Shown in pieces: positions 19,366-27,993 of a stretch of DNA of 64,000 nucleotides. Location: positions 1,311 through 65,310 of IMG/VR virus record IMGVR_UViG_3300027736_000001; one strand, given 5' to 3'. The position numbers and the translations under genes are program-made. Source of the stretch: a virus (taxonomy: Duplodnaviria > Caudoviricetes). The stretch's first letter is position 1. Each line of letters opens with the position of its first letter. The notes beneath the pieces are model-generated. The model made no database searches, was not told the origin of the DNA, and was given only the letters and a program-made list of their open reading frames with translations.

Positions 19366-19530
19366 TCATTCCCCCTGTGCGCGTACTCGGTACGCTTTAA
19401 GTTTTTTCAGCGTTGGATATGTTGCTTTGAACATCTCCTTGGCCACCTGTTTACTGCGGCATTCGATCGACTCGGCAACCCATTGCCCGAACCTGTCGCA
19501 CCACCCTGTCACGTAGTATCTAGCTAACAT
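19366..19530 (-). CDS. Small hypothetical protein (54 aa, MLARYYVTGWCD...)
   Basis: Hand-translated; ATG in palindrome 19524 with AAGGAG RBS. Confidence 0.65.
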   Translation of the reverse strand: MLARYYVTGWCDRFGQWVAESIECRSKQVAKEMFKATYPTLKKLKAYRVRAQGE

Positions 19531-19533
19531 TTG

Positions 19534-20031
19534 TTAGTCTCCTTTTTCTGCTTCGATTGTGTATTCCCCAAGAGCTATGCACTCCATCATTCGGCGTATC
19601 TCAGCATCCACAAACTCCCATGTGCGGTAGCTTGTAGTCGGGGGCCATGAAGCCTTCCCGCTGTGGTTGACCATGCGCATCTTGATATAGAGTCCGGGCA
19701 AAAAGTCCTCGCTGTGGGCACAGTCAAACCCGAACCACCACACGTTGCCCTCCCTGCCGCTGTACGTCAGCCCACCATGCGGAGTGTTGTCGTCCATCTC
19801 CACTCGGTTGTAGTCCACCCCCACCAACTCCCCAGTGGTTACACCCACGTAACCACAAAGCGTATGCGTTATGGTGTTGCGCATGATGTGCCCATGCAGT
19901 CCAGTGCTCTCGTCCACCCACTCGGCATGGTCGGGCTCCCCCTCCCAGGGTCGGTGTGGTTCGATCAGTTTGTACTGGTCGTAGATGGATACCAGCATGT
20001 CGGGCATCCCAGGTGCTTTAATTTCTAACAT
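19534..20031 (-). CDS. Conserved phage protein (CGYV...HGGLTY...WWFGFDCAH)
   Basis: Widespread phage motif; ATG and TAA both lie in palindromes. Confidence 0.75.
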   Translation of the reverse strand: MLEIKAPGMPDMLVSIYDQYKLIEPHRPWEGEPDHAEWVDESTGLHGHIMRNTITHTLCGYVGVTTGELVGVDYNRVEMDDNTPHGGLTYSGREGNVWWFGFDCAHSEDFLPGLYIKMRMVNHSGKASWPPTTSYRTWEFVDAEIRRMMECIALGEYTIEAEKGD

Positions 20032-20309
20032 CTGTTAGTCTCCTCATGTCTCTCGTACATGTTGTACTCGGCACGATGCCAAGGGTGAAACAGTGTTTTA
20101 CTGTCATTGGGATACTTCTTGCGAAGCATGGTCACGGCATCGCACAACCGCTCATGGATGTTCAACTTTATGTCGCACACGTCCATCAGCCTGTCCTGCA
20201 CACCGCGCACCTCGGGGTTGCGCATCAACTCCAGCGTCAGCTTGTCGGCTTGGTCGCGTTTGTCGATCAACACTTTGAATCGGTCTCGGGCTTCTCTTAC
20301 ATCCATCAT
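20025..20309 (-). CDS. Hypothetical protein
   Basis: GGAGG RBS; TAG stop in palindrome 20025. Confidence 0.6.
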   Translation of the reverse strand: MMDVREARDRFKVLIDKRDQADKLTLELMRNPEVRGVQDRLMDVCDIKLNIHERLCDAVTMLRKKYPNDSKTLFHPWHRAEYNMYERHEETNRC

Positions 20310-20413
20310 GGCCTCCAGATCAAAACATCAGCACATACCACAATAAGTGCAACCAAAAACACCACGCGCAGTACGCGCTCGGACAGTTTGTAATCATTTG
20401 TTCCCTTGTTCAT
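20306..20413 (-). CDS. Small membrane protein (35 aa, ...VVFLVALIVVCADVLIWRP)
   Basis: Hand-translated; ATGA overlaps at both ends. Confidence 0.55.
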   Translation of the reverse strand: MNKGTNDYKLSERVLRVVFLVALIVVCADVLIWRP

Positions 20414-20598
20414 TCCTCTTCCTCCTCGGTTGCCTCTACACCGCAGAGGGTCATGACTTCTACTAGCGCATGATGGACATCTTCAAAGTACTCGGGATGG
20501 ATTCCATCGGGGTCGCGCAAGTAGTTGCGCAAGTCCTCGTCTATCGCTTGCAACAGCTTGTGTAGGCGCTCGATCTGGTCTAGGTCAAAATCTAACAT
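20410..20598 (-). CDS. Hypothetical acidic protein
   Basis: ATG in palindrome 20592. Confidence 0.6.
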   Translation of the reverse strand: MLDFDLDQIERLHKLLQAIDEDLRNYLRDPDGIHPEYFEDVHHALVEVMTLCGVEATEEEEE

Positions 20599-20645
20599 TT
20601 GTTAGTTCCCTTTCATTGGTTGTTTCGGTTGGTTGTTTCGGTTGT

Positions 20646-20846
20646 TCACTTCGCTTTGGCCCCAGGTTCGAGTTCAAACCCACCCTCGGTTGGGATGACG
20701 GCAATCTCGCCTCTGGATACTTTGAAGAGTAAAGCAAGGGTGAGGCTCATGTGGAAGCGCAACTCCCATCGCATTTTGAAGTACAGAATAGTCATCACGA
20801 CAAAGCCAATGAGTGACACGAGTTCGAGTTCGGTCATGGTTATCAT
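20646..20846 (-). CDS. Small membrane protein
   Basis: N-terminal TM; AAGGAG RBS. Confidence 0.6.
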   Translation of the reverse strand: MITMTELELVSLIGFVVMTILYFKMRWELRFHMSLTLALLFKVSRGEIAVIPTEGGFELEPGAKAK

Positions 20847-20858
20847 TCTTGGTTCTCC

Positions 20859-21041
20859 TTATGAATAAGTGTTTGCTTTGGCTTGCTCGTTGTAGAGATT
20901 GACCATGCGTTTTTGCACATCCTCCCAACCATCGCCCCAGTACAGCATTTGCATTGCCATACCAATAGACCAGCGCACATCGCTTTCGTCTTCCATGTGT
21001 TTGACTGCTTCGGCAATCAACTCGTCAATATTTATCTCCAT
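20859..21041 (-). CDS. Hypothetical protein (MEINIDEL...)
   Basis: TGATG coupling. Confidence 0.55.
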   Translation of the reverse strand: MEINIDELIAEAVKHMEDESDVRWSIGMAMQMLYWGDGWEDVQKRMVNLYNEQAKANTYS

Positions 21042-21283
21042 CACATCTCTCCTTGTGGGGGGAAGTCTTCTTCTTGCAAGGGGGGCAACTCCATTGCTTC
21101 CTTCATCATGTGCCACACATCGCCGAATGTCTCCATGTCCTCTGCCCCAAGGCAGGGGTCGCCGTACCCATCGGGCTTACCATCGTAGTAAGTCACCTCT
21201 TGTATGCAGTACCAATCCTCCCCGCCATTGGCAGTCTTGGTGTTGACAATTCTGTAGTTCCAATAAAAATCAAAGTCGCTCAT
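21041..21283 (-). CDS. Conserved phage protein (WNYRIV...IQEVTYYDG)
   Basis: Common phage motif; AAGGAG RBS. Confidence 0.65.
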   Translation of the reverse strand: MSDFDFYWNYRIVNTKTANGGEDWYCIQEVTYYDGKPDGYGDPCLGAEDMETFGDVWHMMKEAMELPPLQEEDFPPQGEM

Positions 21284-21513
21284 GCTCGGTTCTCCTTTGG
21301 GTTAGTCTGCTTCAGCGTTGTGGGTGCGCTGTTAGCGGTAACGTATTGATAGTTGCCTTTTGTGTATTCCTGCACAATGCACCACGATGTACGTTCCTCT
21401 TGGGCACTGTGTTCTCGGTCACGTTCGCAAAAGATGCAGAACGCTTGATACCTTGCGGTCGGTACGTCATCGCCGCAGTCGATGCATTCTTTCCAGTCTA
21501 AGTCCATCATCAT
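21280..21513 (-). CDS. Zinc-finger protein (CxxC...CxxC)
   Basis: CIDCGDD...FCIFCE; first gene after promoter 21609. Confidence 0.65.
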   Translation of the reverse strand: MMMDLDWKECIDCGDDVPTARYQAFCIFCERDREHSAQEERTSWCIVQEYTKGNYQYVTANSAPTTLKQTNPKENRA

Positions 21514-21608
21514 CTAACCTTTCTTTCTTTGTTACGTTATGAATCTAACAGTTGTTAGATTCGGGGATTGGTCGGGGGCTTTGTTACATTTATCCCTAAC
21601 CAGCTTAT

Positions 21609-21637
21609 ATTATACCACAAAGTTACAGACTTGTCAA
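21609..21637 (-). promoter_or_regulatory. Consensus sigma70 promoter TTGACA-17-TATAAT with extended -10
   Basis: TTGACA agtctgtaactttgtgg TATAAT. Confidence 0.9.
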
Positions 21638-21914
21638 GTTTTTAGCTGGAGGGCTGTCTTTGATTTGCGACCAAAGTTACGGAATTTATGTAACAAAAGG
21701 GGAAACGTAACGCAAAAACATAACGCGAAAACTTCAATGGAATCAGGGGGTTAGAGTGTTTGTGTATGTATATGTTATAATGTTATTAGAGAAAAAGGGT
21801 ATACGAGCCTGGTGGCTTTTGGTGTGTGGTGCAAATTGCGCTTTCTGCCTTGCTTGGAACTTGACGGACCTTCATACACCCCGCGTAACATTGTAACATA
21901 TAACATTGCTTTAA

Positions 21915-21927
21915 AATCAACAACTTA
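21915..21927 (+). promoter_or_regulatory. IHF consensus site
   Basis: AATCAA-caac-TTA matches WATCAANNNNTTR; near match AATCAG-gggg-TTA at 21741-21753. Confidence 0.55.
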
Positions 21928-22112
21928 CGTGTGGTACGTTATAACATTACAACGCCGAAACATAACAACATAACATTTGTTAGATTTGGGGGGCACTGTG
22001 TTTATGTACAATACATTGTGGATGCTCGCGTATACACAAGGTTGCTACGCCCACCCGAAGAACTGGTGCAAGCAAAATCGGGTTAACCCTAACAATGTTA
22101 TGTTCCACCAAC

Positions 22113-22174
22113 AAAAAAGCCCGACCTAACAAATGTTAGATCGGGCAAACAAAAAAGCCCCGCATGAGCGGGGC
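22113..22174 (-). terminator. Two tandem intrinsic terminators
   Basis: GCCCCGC-tcat-GCGGGGC-T6 (22151-22174) and GCCCGA..palindrome..TCGGGC-T6 (22113-22146). Confidence 0.85.
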
Positions 22175-22195
22175 TTAGGGGTGCGAGGGGAGGGG

Positions 22196-22726
22196 TTAAC
22201 CCAACTTGTCGATATCACCGCCGAGGGATTCGAAAACCTCCATCAATGTGCCTTTGTAATCGCTAGCGATACATGACACGCCTTCTTCTTCGGCCTTAAA
22301 TATACGATTGATAATCGTTTTCAATTCGGCCTTGGTTTTGTCGTCAATGTCAGTTGACCCCTTGACACGGTTTCCCGCTGTAACATAACCCGATGCTTCT
22401 TTGACACGTTGCCAATAAACATCAATGGTAGGTTTGCCAAACCCCTCCGCTGTCATTGCGGCCACAAATGCTTCCCTCTCCGCCTTGATACCCTTCTTCA
22501 ATGCGCCTTTGAGGTCGAACCATTTGGTTGTCACTTGACCCTGGTTGTCGGTCAAGTCAAACGTGGCACACAAGGCCAGGGCGTAAACCTTGACCACTTG
22601 ACCGGTTTTCTTGGCCGCGCCGACTAAGGCGGTGCGAGAATCGATCAAGCTGTTGACGCCCTGGGCGATGGGGGAAACGACACTAACGCTTTGGATGTTA
22701 TCCATGATACTAACCTTTTCTAACAT
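22196..22726 (-). CDS. Hypothetical protein, monocistronic first gene of the early arm
   Basis: Own promoter and terminators; ATG in palindrome 22720 (alternative start 22705). Confidence 0.7.
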   Translation of the reverse strand: MLEKVSIMDNIQSVSVVSPIAQGVNSLIDSRTALVGAAKKTGQVVKVYALALCATFDLTDNQGQVTTKWFDLKGALKKGIKAEREAFVAAMTAEGFGKPTIDVYWQRVKEASGYVTAGNRVKGSTDIDDKTKAELKTIINRIFKAEEEGVSCIASDYKGTLMEVFESLGGDIDKLG

Positions 22727-22795
22727 CTGTTAGGTTTGCACATTGCGCTACCTATCTTGAGCATACATACAAGGTTATCTTGTTTGCATGACTGG

Positions 22796-22824
22796 ATTAT
22801 ACCATTTTGTGGTGCAAAATGCAA
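22796..22824 (-). promoter_or_regulatory. sigma70 promoter TTGCAT-17-TATAAT with extended -10
   Basis: TTGCAT tttgcaccacaaaatgg TATAAT. Confidence 0.75.
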
Positions 22825-23099
22825 GTTTTTAGGGAAACAATAATTTCTCTTGGGGGGAATGGGCATAACAATGTTAGTTGTCATTCTGACAAGCGACCCA
22901 CCCACCCAAAACTACGACAAAGGGAGGTGGGGACCCCTTACACTCTGTGTCACACACCCGATACCAACATCCATACTTTCTATAACGGCGTAGTATATTT
23001 TGAATACTAGATACCCACCCCCATACTTTTTATAACAATACCCCCCTCCCCCCTATATATTTTTGAAAACACCCCCCGTCAAAGGGACCCACAAAAAGC

Positions 23100-23129
23100 T
23101 TGCACCCACTATATTTTTTCTGTTACATT
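23100..23129 (+). promoter_or_regulatory. Possible promoter for packaging genes, TTGCAC-18-TACATT
   Basis: Extended -10 TG; ends about 28 nt upstream of the start codon. Confidence 0.4.
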
Positions 23130-23156
23130 CGGCCATCTCCCGTTTACTCGGTGCCC

Positions 23157-23768
23157 ATGATAGAACTACAGCCCACTGCGGAACATCCGGTTCCATACGA
23201 CTTGTCCGACGAGCAGCCCAAGACTCATGCGGACAGCATTGCCATTGCAATAAACACAGTAGACCTAATCAACGAGCTTGGGCCTACTATAGATTTCGAT
23301 GAAGGTGACCTGCACAGAGCAAGTGACCTGATTACGGGTGCTGAGAAACCCAAAGACAAAAAGACGTTCTCCAAGTCGGCAGAGGCTGCGGCTGCACATT
23401 ACCTCGTCAAGAAGTTTGACTTCCAAGCATTCTCGGATGCGTTGCAAGCCAGGAACTTCATCACCAACAAATTGATCGCGCTGGCCGACAGTGGCGACCC
23501 AAAGATTGAAATCAAAGCGCTGGAGTTGCTGGGCAAGCACTCAGACATTGGGCTATTTACCGAGCGCAGCGAGATCACAATCAACCACACCACGTCCACT
23601 GCACTGGAGAACTCTATTAAAGAGAGAGTGAAACGCCTGCTCAACAGCGACGTGGTAGACATAACCCCCCTGGACGATTTGGATGCGCAGTTAGGGCCGA
23701 CCAAACCCGTCGAGGCGTTTGAAGAAGTAAAAGATACCCCGGAATCCGAGGTAGAGAACAATGAGTGA
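23157..23768 (+). CDS. terS: Putative terminase small subunit
   Basis: Immediately upstream of and overlapping terL; helical KALELLGKH motif. Confidence 0.6.
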   Translation: MIELQPTAEHPVPYDLSDEQPKTHADSIAIAINTVDLINELGPTIDFDEGDLHRASDLITGAEKPKDKKTFSKSAEAAAAHYLVKKFDFQAFSDALQARNFITNKLIALADSGDPKIEIKALELLGKHSDIGLFTERSEITINHTTSTALENSIKERVKRLLNSDVVDITPLDDLDAQLGPTKPVEAFEEVKDTPESEVENNE

Positions 23769-25284
23769 CATCTCCCTCAAGGACATTGAAGCCCTGATTG
23801 ACAGCGGCAAGTTGTCTGAGTCGGACATGCGGGTGCTGGAGGCCCAGCTAACCAAGTTAGAGAAGCTCAAAGACCGGGAACTTTCGCAGGAAAGGTTCAT
23901 CAAGTTCGTGGAGAGGGTCTGGCCGACCTTCATTTCGGGCGCTCACCACAAAAGAATGGCCAATGCGTTCGAGCGGGTGGCCGCTGGGACATGCAAACGG
24001 CTCATAATTAACATGCCACCCCGGCATACCAAGTCAGAATTTGCGTCCTACCTGCTCCCGGCTTGGTTTTTGGGCAAATTTCCGCACAAAAAAGTGATTC
24101 AGGCGTCCCACACAGCCGAGTTGGCCACGGGATTCGGTAGAAAAGTGCGAAATTTGGTGGATACGGAGCTTTACCACGAGATTTTTCCTGATTTGACGCT
24201 CCAGCAGGACTCAAAAGCGGCTGGACGGTGGAATACCAGCAAGGGCGGTGACTATTTCGCCATTGGTGTGGGCGGTGCGGTGACGGGTAAGGGCGCTGAT
24301 GTGCTCATTATTGACGACCCACACTCAGAACAAGAGGCGGCGATGGCCGCAAGCAACCCCGATGTGTATGACAAGGTGTATGAGTGGTACACGTCAGGTC
24401 CGCGTCAGCGTTTGCAGCCGGGTGGGGCGATCGTTATCGTGATGACGCGCTGGGCACAGCGAGATTTGACTGGCCAAGTGCTCAAAGCTGCCGCTGCGCG
24501 GGGCGGTGAGGAGTGGGAGGTCATTGAGTTCCCGGCCATCCTGCCTTCGGGAAACCCCTTATGGCCACAGTTCTGGAGTCTGGACGAGTTGTCTGCGCTC
24601 AAGGAAGAACTGCCTAATAGTAAGTGGCAGGCTCAGTATCAGCAGAACCCAGTAGGCAATGAGTCAGCTATTGTCAAGCGTGATTGGTGGCAGTGGTGGG
24701 AGGAGGAAGACCCGCCTCAGTGCGACTACATCCTTCAGACGTGGGACACGGCCTTTGAGAAAAACCAGCGGGCCGACTTCTCCGCTGGGACGACATGGGG
24801 AGTGTTCAACCACAAAGGCGACGGCAACAGGCCCAACATCATCTTGCTCAATACGTACAAGAAGCGCGTTGAGTGGGTGGAGTTGAAACGGGACGTGCTC
24901 AAGGAGTACAACGACTTTGAGCCTGATGGATTGCTTATTGAAAAGAAAGCAACAGGAGCGCCGTTGATCTATGAACTCCGGGCGATGGGCATACCTGTGC
25001 AGGAGTACACGCCAAGTAAGGGGCAGGATAAGATTGCGAGATTGAATTCGGTGAGCGATATCATTGCGTCAGGGAAAGTCTGGGTGCCCAAAACAAGGTG
25101 GGCAGAAGAGTTAGTAGACGAGATTGCTGCGTTTCCATCGGGCGAACACGATGACTTGGTGGACGCAACAACTCTGGCGCTCATGCGGTTCAGGCAGGGT
25201 GGGTTCCTCCGTCTTCCGATTGACGAGCCCGAAGAGATTCAATGGTTTAAGAGCCCGCGCAGAGAGCGGTTCTACACAGTTTGA
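23761..25284 (+). CDS. terL: Terminase large subunit
   Basis: NMPPRHTKS Walker A, IIDDP Walker B, WDTA and HDDLVDA nuclease motifs. Confidence 0.95.
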   Translation: MSDISLKDIEALIDSGKLSESDMRVLEAQLTKLEKLKDRELSQERFIKFVERVWPTFISGAHHKRMANAFERVAAGTCKRLIINMPPRHTKSEFASYLLPAWFLGKFPHKKVIQASHTAELATGFGRKVRNLVDTELYHEIFPDLTLQQDSKAAGRWNTSKGGDYFAIGVGGAVTGKGADVLIIDDPHSEQEAAMAASNPDVYDKVYEWYTSGPRQRLQPGGAIVIVMTRWAQRDLTGQVLKAAAARGGEEWEVIEFPAILPSGNPLWPQFWSLDELSALKEELPNSKWQAQYQQNPVGNESAIVKRDWWQWWEEEDPPQCDYILQTWDTAFEKNQRADFSAGTTWGVFNHKGDGNRPNIILLNTYKKRVEWVELKRDVLKEYNDFEPDGLLIEKKATGAPLIYELRAMGIPVQEYTPSKGQDKIARLNSVSDIIASGKVWVPKTRWAEELVDEIAAFPSGEHDDLVDATTLALMRFRQGGFLRLPIDEPEEIQWFKSPRRERFYTV

Positions 25285-25300
25285 TTTTTAAGGACACAAA

Positions 25301-27793
25301 ATGGCCACAAGTTCAATGGACAAAGGTTTGTATGCAGCCCCTATGGGGATGATGGACGAGGTTGGACCCTCCATCGAAATTGAGATTGAAGACCCCGAAG
25401 AAGTCACCATTGGTATGGGCGACGTTGAAGTCCAACTTAGGCCAGAAAAAGACACCGATGAGGAGTTTGATGCCAACTTGGCCGAGTTCATGGACGACAG
25501 CGAGTTGCAGTCCTTGGGCGAAGAGTTGGTTGAAGAGTTTGGTAAAGACATCAATGACCGCAAGGACTGGATGCAGACCTATGTGGACGGGCTCAAACTA
25601 CTGGGTTTGAAGTACGAAGACCGCACGGAGCCGTGGCAAGGTGCTTGTGGTGTGTTTCACCCCATGCTGACCGAGAGCGTAGTTAGGTTTCAGAGCGAGG
25701 GTATCACCGAGACGTTCCCAGCCGCTGGGCCTGTGAAGACTGTCATTCTTGGCAAGGACACTCCAGAGGTAGAAGAAGCGGCGGCGCGAGTTCGTGAGGA
25801 CATGAACTATCAGTTGACCGACGTGATGTATGAGTATCGCCCCGAGCACGAGAAGATGCTGTGGAACCTGCCCATTGCAGGCAGTGCGTTCAAAAAGGTG
25901 TACTACGACCCAAGCAAGGGCCGTCAGATGGCGGTGTTCATCCCCGCTGAAGACATCGTGGTGCCCTATGGCGCGAGTAATTTAGAAACAGCCGAGCGGG
26001 TCACGCACGTCATGCGCAAGACCAAGAATGAAGTGGCCAAGCTCATGGAGGCTGGGTTCTACATGGACGTAGACCTGGGCGAGCCCACGTATGATTTGGA
26101 CGACATTGAGAAGCAGAAGGCCGAGGAGATGGGCATGTCTGCGATCCAGGATGACCGGTATAGGTTCCTTGAGATGCACGTCGATCTGGACTTGGCTGGG
26201 TATGAAGACGCTGATAAGAAAGGCCGACTGACTGGTATCGCACTGCCATACGTTGTGACTGTTGAGAAGGGCACACGCAAGATTGTGGCCATACGGAGAA
26301 ATTGGTATGAAGACGACAAGCTCCACATCAAACGTCAACACTTTGTCCACTATCAGTACATCCCAGGGTTTGGGTTCTACGGGTACGGGCTCATCCACCT
26401 TATCGGTGGGTACGCCAAATCAGCCACCATGCTCATTCGTCAACTTGTCGATGCAGGAACGCTGTCGAACCTCCCAGGAGGTCTCAAATCTCGTGGACTT
26501 CGGATTAAGGGGGACGACACACCGATTCAGCCCGGCGAGTTCAGGGACGTAGATGTTCCCAGTGGCTCCATCAGGGACAACATCCTGCCCCTGCCGTACA
26601 AAGAGCCAAGCCAAGTGCTGTATCAGTTGTTTGACCGCATCGTCCAAGAGGGGCGTTCGTTTGCCTCCAGCGGAGACATGAAGGTCAGCGACATGAGCAG
26701 CCAAGCCCCCGTGGGCACCACACTGGCTATCCTTGAGCGCACCCTGAAAGTAATGGGGGCCGTGCAAGCGCGGATGCACTTCACGATGAAACAAGAGTTC
26801 AAGCTTTTGAAGGTCATCATTGCCGACTACACCCCCGAAGAATACGACTACGAGCCCGTGGACGGTAGCCGCAAGGCCAAAAAAGCTGACTACGACTTGG
26901 TGGACGTGATCCCCGTGAGTGATCCCAATGCCAGCACGATGGCCCAAAAGGTTGTGCAGTATCAGGCAGTCCTCCAGCTTGCCCAATCAGCCCCGCAGTT
27001 GTACAACTTGCCCTTGTTGCACCGTCAGATGATTGAGGTGCTGGGGGTTAAGAACGCTGCCAAGCTGGTGCCCGTGGAGGACGACTTGACCCCTGTAGAC
27101 CCTGTGCTGGAGAACCAGAATCTGTTGACGGGCAAACCTGTCAAAGCGTTTATTGAGCAGAACCATGAGGCCCACATCCAGGCGCACATGGCTGCAATCC
27201 AGAATCCAAAGATTCAGCAAATGATGCAGATGAATCCGCAGGCGCAGGCAATCATGGCAGCGGCAATGGCGCACATCAACGAACACATAGCGTTCGAGTA
27301 TCGCAAACAAGTCGAGATGGCGATTGGTGTACCACTTCCCACCGAGGAACAGAACAAGCACATTCCACCCGAGATTGCGGACAAGATTGCGATGATGGTG
27401 GCCCAGGCGTCGCAGAAACTTACACAACAAGCACAACAGGAAGCTCAGCAACAGCAGGCTCAACAGCAAATGCAAGACCCCATCGTTCAGATGCAGATGC
27501 AGGAACTTCAGATCAAGATGGAGGAGTTGAAGCTCAAGCAGCAAAAACAACAAATCGACGCTGCGGCCAAAGCCGACCAGATGCGAATCGAAGAGTCACG
27601 TATTGCGTCTCAAAAAGAGATTGCGGCAATGCAAGTCGCGGCTACAGCAGCCGCTGCAAAAGACAAGCTCAATCGCCAAGGTGAGATTGAAGGAGTTCGT
27701 ATGGGCATGGACGCGGCCAAACACCGCGCTCAAATGGCCGTACAGCAAGCGCAACGGGCAGCGCAGAAATCGCCTAGTAAACCCAAGGAGTGA
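25301..27793 (+). CDS. Portal protein with Gln-rich C-terminal barrel
   Basis: 830 aa after terL; GSAFKKVYYD, FYGYGLIHLIGG; Gln-rich coiled tail. Confidence 0.85.
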   Translation: MATSSMDKGLYAAPMGMMDEVGPSIEIEIEDPEEVTIGMGDVEVQLRPEKDTDEEFDANLAEFMDDSELQSLGEELVEEFGKDINDRKDWMQTYVDGLKLLGLKYEDRTEPWQGACGVFHPMLTESVVRFQSEGITETFPAAGPVKTVILGKDTPEVEEAAARVREDMNYQLTDVMYEYRPEHEKMLWNLPIAGSAFKKVYYDPSKGRQMAVFIPAEDIVVPYGASNLETAERVTHVMRKTKNEVAKLMEAGFYMDVDLGEPTYDLDDIEKQKAEEMGMSAIQDDRYRFLEMHVDLDLAGYEDADKKGRLTGIALPYVVTVEKGTRKIVAIRRNWYEDDKLHIKRQHFVHYQYIPGFGFYGYGLIHLIGGYAKSATMLIRQLVDAGTLSNLPGGLKSRGLRIKGDDTPIQPGEFRDVDVPSGSIRDNILPLPYKEPSQVLYQLFDRIVQEGRSFASSGDMKVSDMSSQAPVGTTLAILERTLKVMGAVQARMHFTMKQEFKLLKVIIADYTPEEYDYEPVDGSRKAKKADYDLVDVIPVSDPNASTMAQKVVQYQAVLQLAQSAPQLYNLPLLHRQMIEVLGVKNAAKLVPVEDDLTPVDPVLENQNLLTGKPVKAFIEQNHEAHIQAHMAAIQNPKIQQMMQMNPQAQAIMAAAMAHINEHIAFEYRKQVEMAIGVPLPTEEQNKHIPPEIADKIAMMVAQASQKLTQQAQQEAQQQQAQQQMQDPIVQMQMQELQIKMEELKLKQQKQQIDAAAKADQMRIEESRIASQKEIAAMQVAATAAAAKDKLNRQGEIEGVRMGMDAAKHRAQMAVQQAQRAAQKSPSKPKE

Positions 27794-27993
27794 GATTGAA
27801 CGACTACAAGTTGTTGGCTGTAGCCGCCAAAGAGATCGAGAAGATGCGACAGGAGCAAATTGCTTTCGTCGCTGCAAGTCGAGCCGATACCTTTGACGAG
27901 TACAAAAAAGTCTGCGGAGTCATCCGGGGTCTGAACCTCGCAGAAAACGTAATTAACGACCTTGTGCAAAAAATGGAGAAGTCTGATGACTGA
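27790..27993 (+). CDS. Small head-module protein
   Basis: YKKVCGVIRGL; coupled to portal. Confidence 0.65.
   Translation: MRLNDYKLLAVAAKEIEKMRQEQIAFVAASRADTFDEYKKVCGVIRGLNLAENVINDLVQKMEKSDD

Larger units (their letters stand above)
10114..22877. repeat. Dispersed palindrome CTAACA-NN-TGTTAG (18 copies including variants)
   Basis: Perfect copies start at 10114, 14463, 15369, 16574, 18212, 18904, 19524, 20025, 20592, 21545, 22126, 22720; one mismatch at 13170, 16874, 21970; 1-nt centre at 17493, 22089, 22865. Confidence 0.95.

Noticed and set aside
324-21754. Plus-strand ORFs in the early arm
   Set aside because: They overlap motif-bearing minus-strand genes, including the primase the track missed
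10114-22877. Palindromes as a CRISPR array or true integron
   Set aside because: Repeats are 14 bp and irregularly spaced; there is no cas operon or tyrosine recombinase; the 4-nt interior is far too short for attC
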